Assembly: GCA_038087875.1 (NCBI GenBank)
Contig: CM075986.1
Coordinates: 15,872,001-15,936,000, forward strand
Source: Malacoraja senta
Lineage: Eukaryota
Direction of reading: 5' to 3'
DNA length: 64,000 bases
This document shows positions 15,206 through 27,700 of this stretch, piece by piece; position 1 is the stretch's first letter, and the number at the start of each line of letters is the position of its first letter. Under the pieces are notes generated by a model, which did no database searches, was not told the origin of the DNA, and was given only the letters and a program-made list of their open reading frames with translations. Both the position numbers and the translations under genes were made by a program.

Positions 15206-15730
15206 TTCGGGTCGGGACCCTTCATCAGACTGAAATGTCTGACCCGAAACCTCACAATCCATGTTCTCCACACATGCTGCCCGACATGCTAAATTACTCC
15301 AGCACTTTAACGTCTACCCTCGTTGGTTCTTCGTGTTCTCGAAAAAATACATCTTATAGGGTCGCGACCCGAAACGTCGCCTGTCCCTTCGCTCCATAGA
15401 TGCTGCCTCACCCGCTGAGTTTCTCCAGCATTTTTGTCTACCTTCTTATATACTTTATCATTTACGAACTCTGGGAAGTTCAACAATATTCAATCCACTT
15501 CTTGTAGAACGACGGATGTTCTCCAGATTTGCTGCCTGATCTGCTGAGTTAGTCCAGCTTTTATGAAGGTGAATGGACACAAAAAGCTGGAGTAACTCAG
15601 CGGGACAGAGAAGGTCAGTCTGAAGAAGGGTCTCGACCCGAAACATCACCCATTCCTTCTCCCGCTGAGTTACTGCAGCATTTTGTGCCCATCTTCGGTG
15701 TAAACCAGCATCTGCAGATCCTTACTACAC
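15206..15730. mobile_element. Cluster of Penelope-terminus copies, some inverted
   Basis: Repeated gacccgaaac, gctgagttactccagc and gctggagtaactcagc motifs in both orientations. Confidence 0.75.
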
Positions 15731-15769
15731 ACTTCCGAATTCACTTATTGATTTTCAAAGCTGAAGTCC

Positions 15770-16260
15770 TCATCGCCCCAGCATCAAAGATACTAGAGGA
15801 GCTCTCCTCTAGTATCTTTGCACAGCATCGCCCCGCCAGAAGAGCGGCTGGTCCTCCAACAGATTCCACCATGTTATGACACCGCTGCCATCTTCTTCAC
15901 TTCTCCGCTTCCCTCTGCAAATTGGCTGAGGCAGCAAATGGCGTTAAAAGGGGGAAGAGATGAAGCAGTGGGTAAAGCGGGACCGGACACCCGGCGTCAC
16001 CTGTTTCTTTTCACCAGAGATGCTGCCTGACCCGCGGAGTTACGCCAGCTTTTTTGTGTCCATCTTCGGTTTAAACCAGCACCTGCAGTTCCTTCGTCAA
16101 ACCGCCCGCGTCAAGGAGAGAGGGACGTTGTCCGCGCGTGAGCGCACGCAGCGGGGCCGCGCACGTCAGAGTGAATGTCAGAGGTGCAAGTCAAGGAGCA
16201 GCGGTGGCGCGCACGTTAAGGTGAAGCGGGGGCGCGCACGCAGTGGCTGCTGAGAGCGGA
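15770..16260 (+). promoter_or_regulatory. CpG-rich promoter-like segment, probably the 5' end of the MAP3K3-type gene
   Basis: Dense CpG in a CpG-poor background; YY1-like gccatctt (15887-15894) and caaatggcg (15935-15943); ATTGG at 15921; four GCGCACG copies at 16142, 16159, 16209 and 16234; abuts the gap. Confidence 0.5.
15785..15820. mobile_element. 36-bp perfect palindrome, probable miniature hAT-type MITE
   Basis: caaagatactagaggag-ct-ctcctctagtatctttg (17-bp arms); flanks cccagcat and cacagcat match 7/8 as an 8-bp TSD. Confidence 0.65.
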
Positions 16261-16460
16261 NNNNNNNNNNNNNNNNNNNNNNNNNNNNNNNNNNNNNNNN
16301 NNNNNNNNNNNNNNNNNNNNNNNNNNNNNNNNNNNNNNNNNNNNNNNNNNNNNNNNNNNNNNNNNNNNNNNNNNNNNNNNNNNNNNNNNNNNNNNNNNNN
16401 NNNNNNNNNNNNNNNNNNNNNNNNNNNNNNNNNNNNNNNNNNNNNNNNNNNNNNNNNNNN
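16261..16460. other. Assembly gap (200 N)
   Basis: Run of exactly 200 N, typical of a fixed-size scaffold join. Confidence 0.99.
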
Positions 16461-19400
16461 AAGGCTGTGCCTACACTAAGATGACAACTTGTATTATCCC
16501 GGGTCATGCTATGAATCATTATTGTCATACAGTGGGGTAATGTTGATAGAGTATGCTTCATTTAATGAGTTGACTAATTTAGAATTTGGCATCAATGTGC
16601 ACTAACACAAATGTCATCTGTGCAGCTGTGAGGTTGATGTGACCTTGGTTTTGGAGTATAAGATGAATAGTTTCTCATATGATGAGATGCAGCAATGGAG
16701 TGAGAAAAAAATTAAAAGATAGACGCAAAATGCTGAAGTAACTTAGCGGGACAAGCAGCATCTCTGGATAGTAGGAATGGGTGATATTTTGAGTCTAGAC
16801 CATACACAATGTGTTGGGACAGTTGCACAGCCTAGCTTGACAAAGATCTGTTGCAGACCCAATGGTTAAGGCCTCAACATGCATGCTTTGAAGTAAACTA
16901 ATTGATGTGAGCAGCTGAATTTGAGGAGGGTGCTCCACAATTCCACCCAGTTGACAGTGAAAAGGCCATTTTTACTAATCTTGGCATTTTGCTTGGAGTT
17001 GTTATGTTGATGAGAATCATATCCACTTTGTCTAGATGGATAGAAACTATACTGAAATTCATGGAGGAGCTCTTTGACCACTGGGAGAAAGCATCTGCGG
17101 AACACCCTCGCAATGACAATGCTGGCAGTGAGCAGAGAGTTTCCTCTCTTGTTGCCACATTGCATTTCTTTCCTTTCCTGAAGTGGGCAAATGGGCATGT
17201 TTATAACATCTACAGTACATCCTCCTCTTCCCTGATGGGGAAGCTGAGATTACAATTACTCTTTGCTGAGCCTTAAAACTTCAGCTGGGATACTGTCTGG
17301 TTCAGAGGCCTTGCTTTTTAATTAATTTGTCAGAAATGGAGACAATGTTGGTCTGAATAGGTTGCTGTGGAATGGTCTTAAGGGTACTTGGGATAGAATT
17401 GCAGTTTGGAAGGTCATCAAAATATTCCTTCCTTTGAACATTGATTGTCTTTCTATCATGGAAAAGTTCACCTCTGCTCTTGATTCTCTGTGGGGAGGTG
17501 TCATGGGTGTTTGGGCTGCAGATGACCAATGAACAAAACTGAAGGAACTGCACTCTTTCCACTTGCTATCTGTTGGCTTTAGTTGACTGGTTTTCTGCTG
17601 GACATCGGTCTTCATGTGTTTGTTGAGCTGTTATTTTTTTCTTTGAGGCATGGTGAAACGTCCAAATAAGTAGTGTCTTGTATTTTGAGTTAATTGGTTG
17701 CTGGATCTTGTACCAATTCTTGTCCAACCAGTCTGGACAGAGAACCCAGTCACTTCATAGATGTTAATTATTGAGACTTAAATGTGGTCCATGTGCAGTG
17801 GGATCTCTGGGTTCTATTGGCTGGGAGTTGATAAGGAGTCTTTGAAGCACTGTCCTAGAGCTATCTTTGTAAAGAACAAAAGAGCTAAGAAATTGATTTT
17901 CCTTAGCAACTTTTCTGTTGCTGTTTTGGGACCCGGTTGCGGGGGTAACATAGCAGACTTAGTGGTGATCATTGCAACAGTTATTAGCACATGTTGTATG
18001 TGGGTGAAGCAGAAGAATAGCTGCAGCTGCCAGGATTGCAACGTGTGCTGATGCTGGTTGGTTCCGAGGTTAGAATGAACTGAAGGTTCATGAGCCATTC
18101 ACAAATTCTACATATTTTGTAGCTGAGACCTCTGATTAGCTTGTTCTTTATGGTGAAGCCATGAAAACAGCATTTCTTTTTCTTGAAGTTTGCCTTCACA
18201 GAAGAAGATAGGTATGCTTGCTCCTTTTTTGAGTTGACCATCTCTTGCCTATCATATCTTACAATGGGCAGCAATGCCATTGTATTGAGTTCCTTATCAA
18301 TGACGTTAGAGCAACGTTCAGGTTTGTATATTAGGGTTCATTCGGGTTCTGACATTCCAGGTCCCAAACATCATATTGATATGTGGGTGTTGTCTGTGTA
18401 TGATTTCTTTTTACGTGGCACAGCCATTACACGCACCTACCACATGGATTTGACAGGGAGAGGCCTTGATCTCGAGGAATCTTAGATGACAGAAAAGCAG
18501 ACTGCTGCATGGATGTTAATGCGCACACATTGGTGGACTTTCTCCTTGAGTATACCGCACTCCAGTCTGCCTTTATTTCAGAAATTGAGAGGCCTAGATT
18601 AACCAGACAGATGTTCAAATCCCATCAAAACAGCTGTGACATTTAAATTCAATGAATTAAACAATCTGGATCTAAAAAAAATCAGCTTCATAGTGACCCA
18701 TGAAACGACCTGATTTTTCTAGAATACCATCTTGTTCCTTATGCCCTTCACGAGAAATGACCTGCCAAGTGTATTGTGCCTGGCCTCCAAGTGATCTAAA
18801 TTCAGCATTGTGATTGAATTAGAGTAGTCTGAAAATGTCTGGCATCCTGCTGCATCATCAAAAATGCTGGTTTGCCTATACCACTATCTCTTCTAGGGCA
18901 GTTTGGAATGACAAGAAAAGGCAGGTTTTATCACTGATGCCGTAAATCTGGGAAAATGAGTAAGATTATTAATCATTTAAGATTATCTCAAACTTGATAC
19001 TTTAAGCACAAACTCGGATTGACAACTGGCAGCATCCGAAGCACTGAATTTGGACTTGCAAAAAGGTCACTCCCAGTCAAGTTCACCATGTAAATGACCC
19101 CATGACAACCTGGGTTACTGGTATTGGATTTGAGAGGCATTTGGACAGACATGTGAACAGGCAGGGAATGGAGGTTATGTAGACCACTTGCAGGCAGATG
19201 GGATTAATTCGGCACATATTATGGGCTGATGGGCCTGATGCTGTCCTGTGCAATATTCGATGAATAGTGTACAGTACATTGGAATAAATGCAAGTCATTG
19301 CAAAATCATTGCTTCACTTGGAAAGACTGGTTTCCTGTATATTGGGACGGAAAAGTATGAAAATACATGTTATACATCACTTGCTGTTGCAGGAGGAAGT

Positions 19401-20311
19401 GCTGTCATAAGATTGGCGGGAAGGGAAGAGAGGACCATAGAATCGCAAAGCGAATGGTCCTTAAGAAATTTTGAATGGGGTGGAGATGGGGAAGGTGGAA
19501 TTTCTTTGAAGGGGGCTGACATTGCAGAGAATTATCTGTTGAATAGAGGATGGCCAGCTGGAATATGATGACTGGGATACTTGATCCTTGTTCTGTCCCA
19601 GAGGGTAAGAACAGAGACATGTGAAAAGACTGGACTAGAGGAGAAATGATCGAGTCAAGGAAGAAATAAGTGGGGTAAGAGTGGCTGAAACATTGAGATT
19701 GCCAAAGCGATAGAAGCAGGCTGTGTGAGGCTGCAACACTAAGGCTGGAAGCTGTGGCAAGAGGTTTCCTGAAGAAATGAGGTCCATAACTGGGTGACCA
19801 TACCTGATAATAGCTATTGTCATGATCCAAAGGAGCTGTGAAGAGATGTCTGTCAGCTGATGTTTGGTCTCTACTAAATATAGGTAATTCACCAGATGAT
19901 GATAGCACCACCCTAGTTAGCATGTTTGATGACGATATCAGGGTTAGTTCGCGAGTGGAATGTTGCAAGTTCAGAAGGAGGTGGGTTAGAGCGTGACTAT
20001 CCGTGTGTTTCTGTCATTTCTGTTTGTAGGAAAAGTCCACACTGAGCATGATTTTGTTCTCTACTTTTTTTTGCTGGGAATGGGGACATGCCTAGCCTGA
20101 CCTGCCAGGCATGTCTTCCTGCTCTGCATTTCTTTTGCCTGTACTCATTCATGAACTTTCCCAATCACTCACTCATTGACCAGATAACACCTTGTTTACA
20201 ATTTATCCCCATGATTACCCTGGCATTCATCAAAGACATCTTCCCCCCCCCACCCCCCCCCATTTTCCCTGCAGATCGGCAAGATTTTTTTGTCTTCCCA
20301 GTTCAGGCGCA

Positions 20312-20613
20312 GGGTGGCATGGTGGCATAGAGTTGCTGCCTTACAGCGCCAGAGACCCGAGGTTGATCCTGACTACAGGTGCTGTCTGAACAGAGTTTGT
20401 ATGTTCTCCGCATGATCGCTTGGCTTTTTCCTGGCTGCCACGGTTTCCTCCCACACTCAAGGCATACAGGTTTGTAGGTTAAATGGCCTCGGTAAAAATT
20501 GTAAATTGTCCCTGATGTGTATGATAGTGCTAGTGTACGGGGATTGCTGGTTGGTGCGGACTTGGTGGGCCGGAGAGCTTGTTTCCACGCTGTATCTCTA
20601 GACTAAACTAAAC
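20312..20613 (+). mobile_element. tRNA-derived V-SINE (HE1-like) with (CTAAA)n tail
   Basis: tRNA-like head (ggtggcatggtggc...ggttgatcct), V-domain (gagtttgtatgttctcc...ggtttcctcccacac), HER1-type tail gggccggagagcttgtttccacgctgtatctcta. Confidence 0.8.
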
Positions 20614-20747
20614 CAGAAAGGTTGACTGTATTTCTCTTCACAAATGCGGCCTGACATGCTGAGTATTTCTGTCACCTTTGTCAAGACAATCTAATCGTTT
20701 TGGTCATTGTGACTAGTATTAGTTTACTTTTATTTCCAATTCATTAA

Positions 20748-21053
20748 AGGGCCTGTCCCACTATACAAGTTTACCCAAGAGCTCTCCCGAGTTAAAAAAA
20801 AACCATACTCGTGGTAAGTACGTATAATGTACGTAGCGGGTATGTCGGAGATCGGGACGTCTCTTAGCGGCTCGTAACGCTAACGGCAGGTACTCAGGAA
20901 ATGCTGTAAGCTCGTGAAGTTTTTCCAACATGTTGAAAAATGTCCACGAGAGCCCCGAGTACCTACGAACGGCTATCACCGTAATTCTCCGAGTTCGAGT
21001 CAGGGGAAACTCGGGAGAACTCTTGAATTACCTCGTACAGTGGGACAGGCCCT
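20748..21053. mobile_element. PIF/Harbinger-type MITE (306 bp)
   Basis: TIRs AGGGCCTGTCCCACT / AGTGGGACAGGCCCT; TAA TSD at 20745-20747 and 21054-21056; extended subterminal inverted match. Confidence 0.9.
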
Positions 21054-22122
21054 TAAATTAGTAATTTCCCCAACTGCTATGATGGTATTTAAACTTTTAT
21101 TTTCAGACAGCTATTTAATACCATTACTACCTTTAATACCATTCCTGGAACAATCCTACTTCTGAACTTTTGACTGGAGAGAATGTCATTAATGGCATGG
21201 ATTGGGGCTAGCATACTGTCCTTCAGTAGCTCCAACAAGCATAGCCATGTTCCTTTGTGCTGATTATGGCACCAGCCAGTGATGAGTCAACACCATTAAC
21301 TTCAATTTTACCAGGCTCTATGCCAAAATCAATCAAATGCGGCATTGGCTCACTTCTAATTTCACTCTTCCATGTTACCAGCTTCAGCCACTCGTTTGTT
21401 ACATGGTCTGAATTCACGTGGTGCTGAGCAAGATTTTGGCTCAATAGTATTGTTAATCAGCCACCTTTATTTTTGAGTGCCAGTTTATGAGATCATACCT
21501 GACTGCTTTGGATTTTTCCTTTTTATGGGCAGAGGATAACATTGAGAAATTCTCTGCTTGGGGAAGATGCTAGACTTGTAGCCGTACAGGGACAGCCTAG
21601 ACGAGATGCAACACATTTTTACCACAGCCTTTATATTGTCTGAGTCCTTAATCTTTTCTAGAAACCCACTGTTCCCCAGTAGGATTTGTGTACACATTTA
21701 GTAATAGGATTGTGTCCTTAATTTACAAAACTCCAGGTTTCTGACCACATGTGCATTTAAATGTTTGAATGATGAGAAAATGAAATTCCACATTTACAGA
21801 GTTAATGCCGAAAATAATGTAATATGCCAATGTAGGGTTCATCAAGCGAGTAGCTGTACAAAATCTCATAAGCTATTCATGTATGCTGACCTGGTGTAAA
21901 ATATTTTGTTATTCAAATACAAGTAAACTGAACTCTTATAAAAGCGCTATTGTATAGGACGGGTAATAAATCCTCCTAATGATTTGCAGACTAATAATTT
22001 GCATCCAATATATACCACAATATTAATTTGTGTGTACAGGACCTGGAAAATTACACCACTGCACAGTATTTAGTTGGATATATTAATGGATTTACTGATT
22101 ATGTACCTCCCTCTCCCCTGGC

Positions 22123-22217
22123 ATCAGTCTGAAGAAGGGTCTCAACCCGAAACGTCACCTATTCCTTCTCCCCAGAGATGCTGCTTATCCAGCTGAGTTA
22201 CTCCAGCATTTTGTGTA
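22123..22217 (+). mobile_element. Penelope-terminus copy with the cleanest sense-strand hammerhead core
   Basis: CTGAAGA 22129-22135, stem II gggt-ctca-accc, GAAA 22149-22152, CGTC. Confidence 0.8.
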
Positions 22218-23010
22218 CACGATACGATATGATAAACTTTATTCATCCCCGGAGGGACATTGGTCTGCCAACAGTTGCAACACACAAGATACACAAAAAG
22301 TTGAAATTAAAAGTGGAAAAAAAAAGAGAAGGACAAGCGACTGTTGGCTGGCTGCTGTATGCACAGCGCCTAAACCGGAATGAACGAACAAACAAATGAA
22401 CGCAGGCTTATCCCCTGGGCAGAGGATTCTAAAACAACAGTGCTCCTCCACACCAGGTCCCCCTTTGTTCTCCCACCGTCCCTCATGGCGGTCCCCCCAC
22501 GCTGGGTCCTCCACTGTTTGTCACGGTGGTCCCCCTACGCCAGATCCTCCATTGTTCTTCACGACGGCCCTCCTACGCCGGATCTCCATTTTCTTCACAA
22601 CGGCCCCCCTACGCCAGATCCTCCATTGTTCTTCACGACGGCCCCCCTACACCAGATCCTTCATTGTTCTTCACGATGGCCCCCCTACGCCGGATCCTCC
22701 ATTGTTCCTCACGGCGGTCCCCCCGCGCTGGGCCCTCCATTGTTCTTCACGGAGGTCCCCCACACCGGGTCCCCATTTTCTTCCACCCCCCCTCACGCTC
22801 CACCGCCACCGAGGCTCACGCTGTCGCAGCCTAGCTCCTGAGGCCCCCGATGCTGCTGAGGCTGCCGCCGAGGCTCCCCCAACGCCGCCGCTGCCGCTGT
22901 TGAGGGCTCATTCAGCTCAGGCAGGCCTCACCGCCGGGATTCTCGCAGTTCCCTGGGAGGCTTGTGGGGTGAGTCCGGCCTACCGGGGCTGTCTTGCAGC
23001 TATAGGCTGG
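22218..23010 (-). mobile_element. GC-rich non-autonomous retroelement with (TATCG)n-like tail and internal minisatellite
   Basis: gatacgatatgataaactttattcatcccc tail, also seen at about 6883-6975; CpG-rich body. Confidence 0.6.
22457..22785. repeat. About 38-bp minisatellite, 7-8 imperfect copies
   Basis: Unit cggcccccctacgccagatcctccattgttcttcacga recurs at about 22542, 22580, 22616, 22654, 22692 and 22731. Confidence 0.9.
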
Positions 23011-24425
23011 TAATCAAATAAGAACGTGGAATGCTTTGTGACCTAAGCTCAGCCAGGGCCAGGATGCTGATATCTAAATATGTCTGGGATGGTGAAGGGA
23101 AGAAACTGCTAGGGTAAATTAGGGTTCAGTAATTGAGTGTCTACATCAGACAGAACCCAGCTATAAAGCCCCCACTGTAAAGTGTAGAAATATTCAATTG
23201 CTAGTGTTATGGGTGAGATCAGAACCATGCAATTACTTTCTGATTGCGCTATGAAAGAAGTAGTGAAGAAAAGGTGAACTGAACACCCTCTCTTTATGGC
23301 AATGTTGCACTTAACTACTTTGAAACCTACATACATGCTGCCTTTTGAAGGGGCAGACTTTTGCATTCCAAAGCTAGGACTGATACCACATTTGCCAACC
23401 TAAATTGCTTTTGCTTTGTACTGTTGCAGTGATTTTGGTTCAAGCTACACTGGTCAAAATAAATTTGGATAACACTGAAAAAATGAATTGCTGTTGTATT
23501 TCTGGGACAAATTTTTTTAGGCTGGACGTCGATGGAGTCAACTGGGAATAGGCTATTCTAAATTTGGTAATATGCAATGAAAATGGATTAGTTATTAAAC
23601 TTGTTGTGCAGTGTCATGTAGGAGAGAGTAACCATTATGGTACAAGACTTAGTCATGTGCCCTCAACCTCTGCAATTGGACTAATTGTAGGTGGGGGAGG
23701 GGGAGGAAGAAAGCTGGAAGAGGGGTGGTGAGGGACTTTCTTCAACCCCACACTCAGTCTGAAGAAGGGTCTCGACCCAAAACTATGTTCTCCAGAGATG
23801 CTGCGTACCCAGCACTTTGTCCTTTGCTGTAGTACCCAGCATCTGGAGTTCCTTATTTGTACTGCCTGCCACCGATGTTCGGCTCGCCTGTCAACAAGGA
23901 AGAGGGGAAGTACATTTGTCATCCTCTAGTCATCCTCACTTGCGACAAACGGAAAGGTAAAATCTCAGCCAGAATGCCAGCACTCTTCCTGGCCCTCCCA
24001 CAGCAGCCTGGGATAAATTTCATCCAGCCCCGTTTGTTTACCTTTTATGCCCACTAAAGCATTGTGTATCTCTCTTTATTATTGGAGATGTGCAATAGAA
24101 TTTCACCACCTTTTTCACTGTTCTCCAACTACAAAGTTTGTTCCCTTTCTAAATGAAAAACATTTATTTAGGATTTTGCGTATATCTCTGGCTTCATGCC
24201 AGTTGCTCCTGTTATCACTAATGGGCTTTACTCTTTCCCTAAGTATTCTTTTTATCCTTCATATACGTAGTGCTAGCAGTTTTAAAGAATGGTTAAGGTG
24301 GATAATCCCCACGGTCTGACCAAGTGTATCTTCGAACATTATGGGACGCTAGGGCAGAAATTGGATCCCTGGCAGAGAGATTTGCATTGTGCAATTTTTT
24401 CTATAGAACAAAACTGAGTTTGTGA

Positions 24426-25260
24426 GTTCAAGGTTCAAGGTATTTTTTATTAGTCACATTCACATACACCCAGGTGTAGTGAAGTGAAATGCTTTTTGCC
24501 ATTAGCAGCACACAAAAAAAGAACAGACATAACACCAAGATAGTCTTAACACTGAACATCCCCCCACAATGCTCCCACCATGAGGGAAGGCACAAAGTCC
24601 AGTCCCCAACCCCAGTTCACCCATAGTCGGGCCTATTGATGCCTCCACAGTTGCCTCTACGGAGGCCCGATGTTCCAGGCCGTTCTCGCCAGGTGATGTT
24701 GCTCCGGCGTCGGGAGAGTCCTCCCAGCGGCCTGGGAACCCTGGAACGACCGCTTCCGCACTGGGAGACGCGGCTTCCGAAGCCAACAAGGCCGCGCCGG
24801 TTGGAGCTCCACAACTGGCGATCTCATCTAGAGATCCCAGGCTCCCGATGTAAAGTTCAGCGCCGCAGCTGGTCGCTCCACAGTCCCGCAGCTCCGCGAT
24901 GTTTTCCCCAGCGATCCTCAGCTCACCGGAGCTCCAGCGCGGCGACCCGGGCAAGGCATCGCCCGCTCCACGATAGCGCTCCAGCGCTCCGCCGCCGAAG
25001 CCGAGGTTCTGGGCGGTCCCCAACAGGAAACGCCGCTCCCGGCCCGCTGGTAGGCCGCGAGGACGGGTCGAAGCTGCAGCCCGGAGAAAAGCTGCCTCTC
25101 CGGCCAGGTAGGGACCCTGAAAGGTAGATTCCCCCTTCCCCCCCACACAAAAAAAAGTCTAGACCTCCAAACAAAACACTTAACTAACTAAAATAAAAAA
25201 ATAAAAGATGAAAGGACAGACAGCTGCTGGCTGGGCAGCTGCACACAGGACAGCGCCCCC
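24426..25260 (-). mobile_element. GC-rich non-autonomous retroelement with Rex1/Babar-like 3' tail
   Basis: (gttcaag)2 tail plus AATAAA on minus; body homologous to 42587-43266 (gaaggcacaaagtccagtcccc, aaggcatcgcccgctccacga). Confidence 0.7.
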
Positions 25261-26092
25261 TTCACAGTTGAGAAGGATGCAAAGAGGCAGGTTAAGAGAG
25301 TGATCGTACGCATGGTAGATACAATATAATGTGGTGTATATGTGAAGTAATAAAAGCCGAGATTTACTTAAGTCAATTGATTGTGAAGTGTTGATGTACA
25401 GATGATCTGTATGACTCTGTACACTTATCACTGCAAGCAAAAGTGTTGGTGTGGCAAACTGTTAAGATTCCAAATGAATTGTTGCCCTTCGTTGCACAAG
25501 GTTTTGATTATATAATGGCTAGAATGTTCTATAATAATTTACCGCACCTGCAGTATTAGTGTGCAATTTTGCCTCATGTATATTTGTCCGAGAGAAAGTG
25601 CAACAAAGGCTCACTATGCTGATTCCTCAAATGGCAAGACTGTCTTATGAGGAAGATTGGCTTGATTAGGTCTGTAGCTACTAGGGTTTAGAAGAATGAA
25701 AGATGATGTTATTGAATGTACACAAATTGGACACATGTCTTCCAGCAGGGAGGAGGATTTCCCTGGCTATGATGCCTGTAACCAGAGATGACAGTTCAAT
25801 ATATAGTTTTAAGATATTTAGAACCAAAGGTGATAAACCTGTGAAATTCTCAACCCCAGAAGGCTACAGAGACCGACCCACTGCGTTCATTTAAGAAGGT
25901 AGATGGAGTTCTAGTAAAGAGAGGGAGTAGGCATATGGTTTTGAAATAGAGAATCAACTGTGATTGGTGGCATGGACACGGAGTCAAACAACCTACACCT
26001 GTTATTTTTCTATCTTCTACACTCCCAGTTATCAAGTGTTTGAGTTTGCTCCATTGTTTCTGTCGCTAAATCCAACTTTACTGTTCAATTAT

Positions 26093-26303
26093 GTAGAAAG
26101 GTACTGCAGATGCAGTTTTAAACCGAAGATAGACTCAAAAAACTTGAGTAACTCAGCGAGACAGGCAGCATCTCTGGAGAGAAGGAATGGGTGACGTTTC
26201 GGGTCAGGCCCAGTCTGAAGAAGGGTCTCGACCCGAAATGTCACCCATTCCTTCTCTCCAGAAATGCTGCTTGTCCCGGAGTTACTCCAACTGTTTGTGT
26301 CTA
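26093..26303. mobile_element. Inverted (fold-back) pair of Penelope-terminus copies
   Basis: ggaatgggtgacgtttcgggtc...gacccgaaatgtcacccattcc, with arms of about 70 bp. Confidence 0.8.
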
Positions 26304-26798
26304 TTTACTGTCCAATTGGCAGACTTGTAGATGCAAGATCAACTGGCACCAATTTTTGCATTTGGGATTTAAAAAATGGGATTTATTCTTTAAATGCCAG
26401 CAGTTGGTTCAACGACACTGGATTTTTAGCATCTAAATTCAGTCGAAGTTAATTGATGTTGCACCAATTGCAGTTGCTTGACGTGTTTTTATAAATGTGG
26501 CATCTTGGGAAAATAAACATTTTGGGTATGAATATTTGTTTCCAAAATTGGAGGCTGAGGCTAACTGCACTGAACAAATTTTAAAAAGCGAGTGGAAGAC
26601 CATAACAATACCTTGTATTTATACTGTGCCTTTAACATTGTAAAATATCATAAATGCCTTGGCAAGAGTTTCATCAAATTAAATTTGACAACTAAGCTTA
26701 AGAAAATCTTAAGACATATATGACAAAAAGCTTGGAGATCTGATTTTGGAACGTGTCCTATACAAGGAGAGATTTTGAGTGGAGTTTGAACCTCTAGT

Positions 26799-27045
26799 GC
26801 GGTCTGGAGTTTGCACATTCTCCCTGTGACCCCGTGTGTTTTCTGTGGATGCTCCAGTTTCCTCCCACATCCCAAAGACTTGCAAGTTTGTAGGTTAATT
26901 GGCTTCTGTAAGTTGCACCATAATGTGTAAGAAGTGGGTGAGAAAGTGGGATAACATGGAACTAGTGTGAACGGGTGATCAATGGTCAGCCTGAACTGGG
27001 TGGGCGGAAGGGCCTGTTTCCATGCTGATTCTTTAAACTTAAACT
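26799..27045 (+). mobile_element. 5'-truncated V-SINE (HE1-like)
   Basis: V-domain ggagtttgcacattctccctgtg...tttcctcccacatcccaaagac and tail gggcggaagggcctgtttcc. Confidence 0.75.
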
Positions 27046-27157
27046 TTTGTGTGCAAAAGTAATAAACCAGTGAAAACTGGAGATTGTAACTATGGTAACG
27101 TCAACTTAAGAGGTACCAGAGTAAAATGTACAGAAAAAGTATGCTCAGAGAACATAA

Positions 27158-27700
27158 AGGGGCTGTCCCACTTCGTCGACCTAATTGGCGAGTTTGGGAG
27201 AGTTTGAAAAAAATGTAATGTTGAAGACCTCCTTCGACTATGTAGAAGAACTCCTTCGACCTCCTTCGACTATGTTGCAGACTGGCTTCGACTAACTTCG
27301 GGAAAATTGGACACCGAATAGTGGAGAGTGAAGACGATCACCTTCGACCTCCCTTCGACGTACCTTCGACTATGATGAAGACTATCTACGACTACTTTGA
27401 CTACCCTCAATTACCTACGACTAACATGTCGACCTACTATGACCTACTACGACTAAACCTATGGTGAAAAAAAAGTATCGCTTTTATTCCATGGCGACCT
27501 TTTTTTACTCACGGGCATTTTTCAACATGTTGAAAAATACGGCGCGACCTAGCTGAGGCCTCGAGTACGCGGAGACCACCCTCGAGCATGAAGGAGAGTT
27601 ACAAAGACCTCCTACGACCTCGTGTCAACCATGCTGCGAGTATGTCGAGGGAAAACTCGCCAGAACTCGCGGATTAGGTCGCCCAAGTGGGACAGTCCCT
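27158..27700. mobile_element. PIF/Harbinger-type MITE (543 bp), same TIR family as 20748-21053 but a different interior
   Basis: TIRs AGGGGCTGTCCCACTT / AAGTGGGACAGTCCCT; TAA TSD at 27155-27157 and 27701-27703; internal cgacct/cgacta short repeats. Confidence 0.9.

Noticed and set aside
15741-15872. 43-codon minus-strand ORF at the CpG segment (MVESVGGPAALL...)
   Set aside because: Short, runs through the palindromic MITE, and shows no homology I can recognise
16178-16561. ORFs spanning the N run
   Set aside because: Artefact of translating the gap
20312-20385. tRNA-like sequence
   Set aside because: Degenerate SINE head joined to a V-domain and LINE tail; not a tRNA gene
22457-22785. Regularly spaced repeats resembling a CRISPR array
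   Set aside because: Units are contiguous with no unique spacers; vertebrate context; no cas genes
22380-23013. Long Pro-rich ORFs (153, 205 and 102 aa)
   Set aside because: By-product of a GC-rich 38-bp minisatellite within a retroelement
24502-25174. 214-aa and 163-aa ORFs, with similar ORFs at 42635-43289
   Set aside because: Stop-poor GC-rich repeat; frames are not preserved between the two related copies
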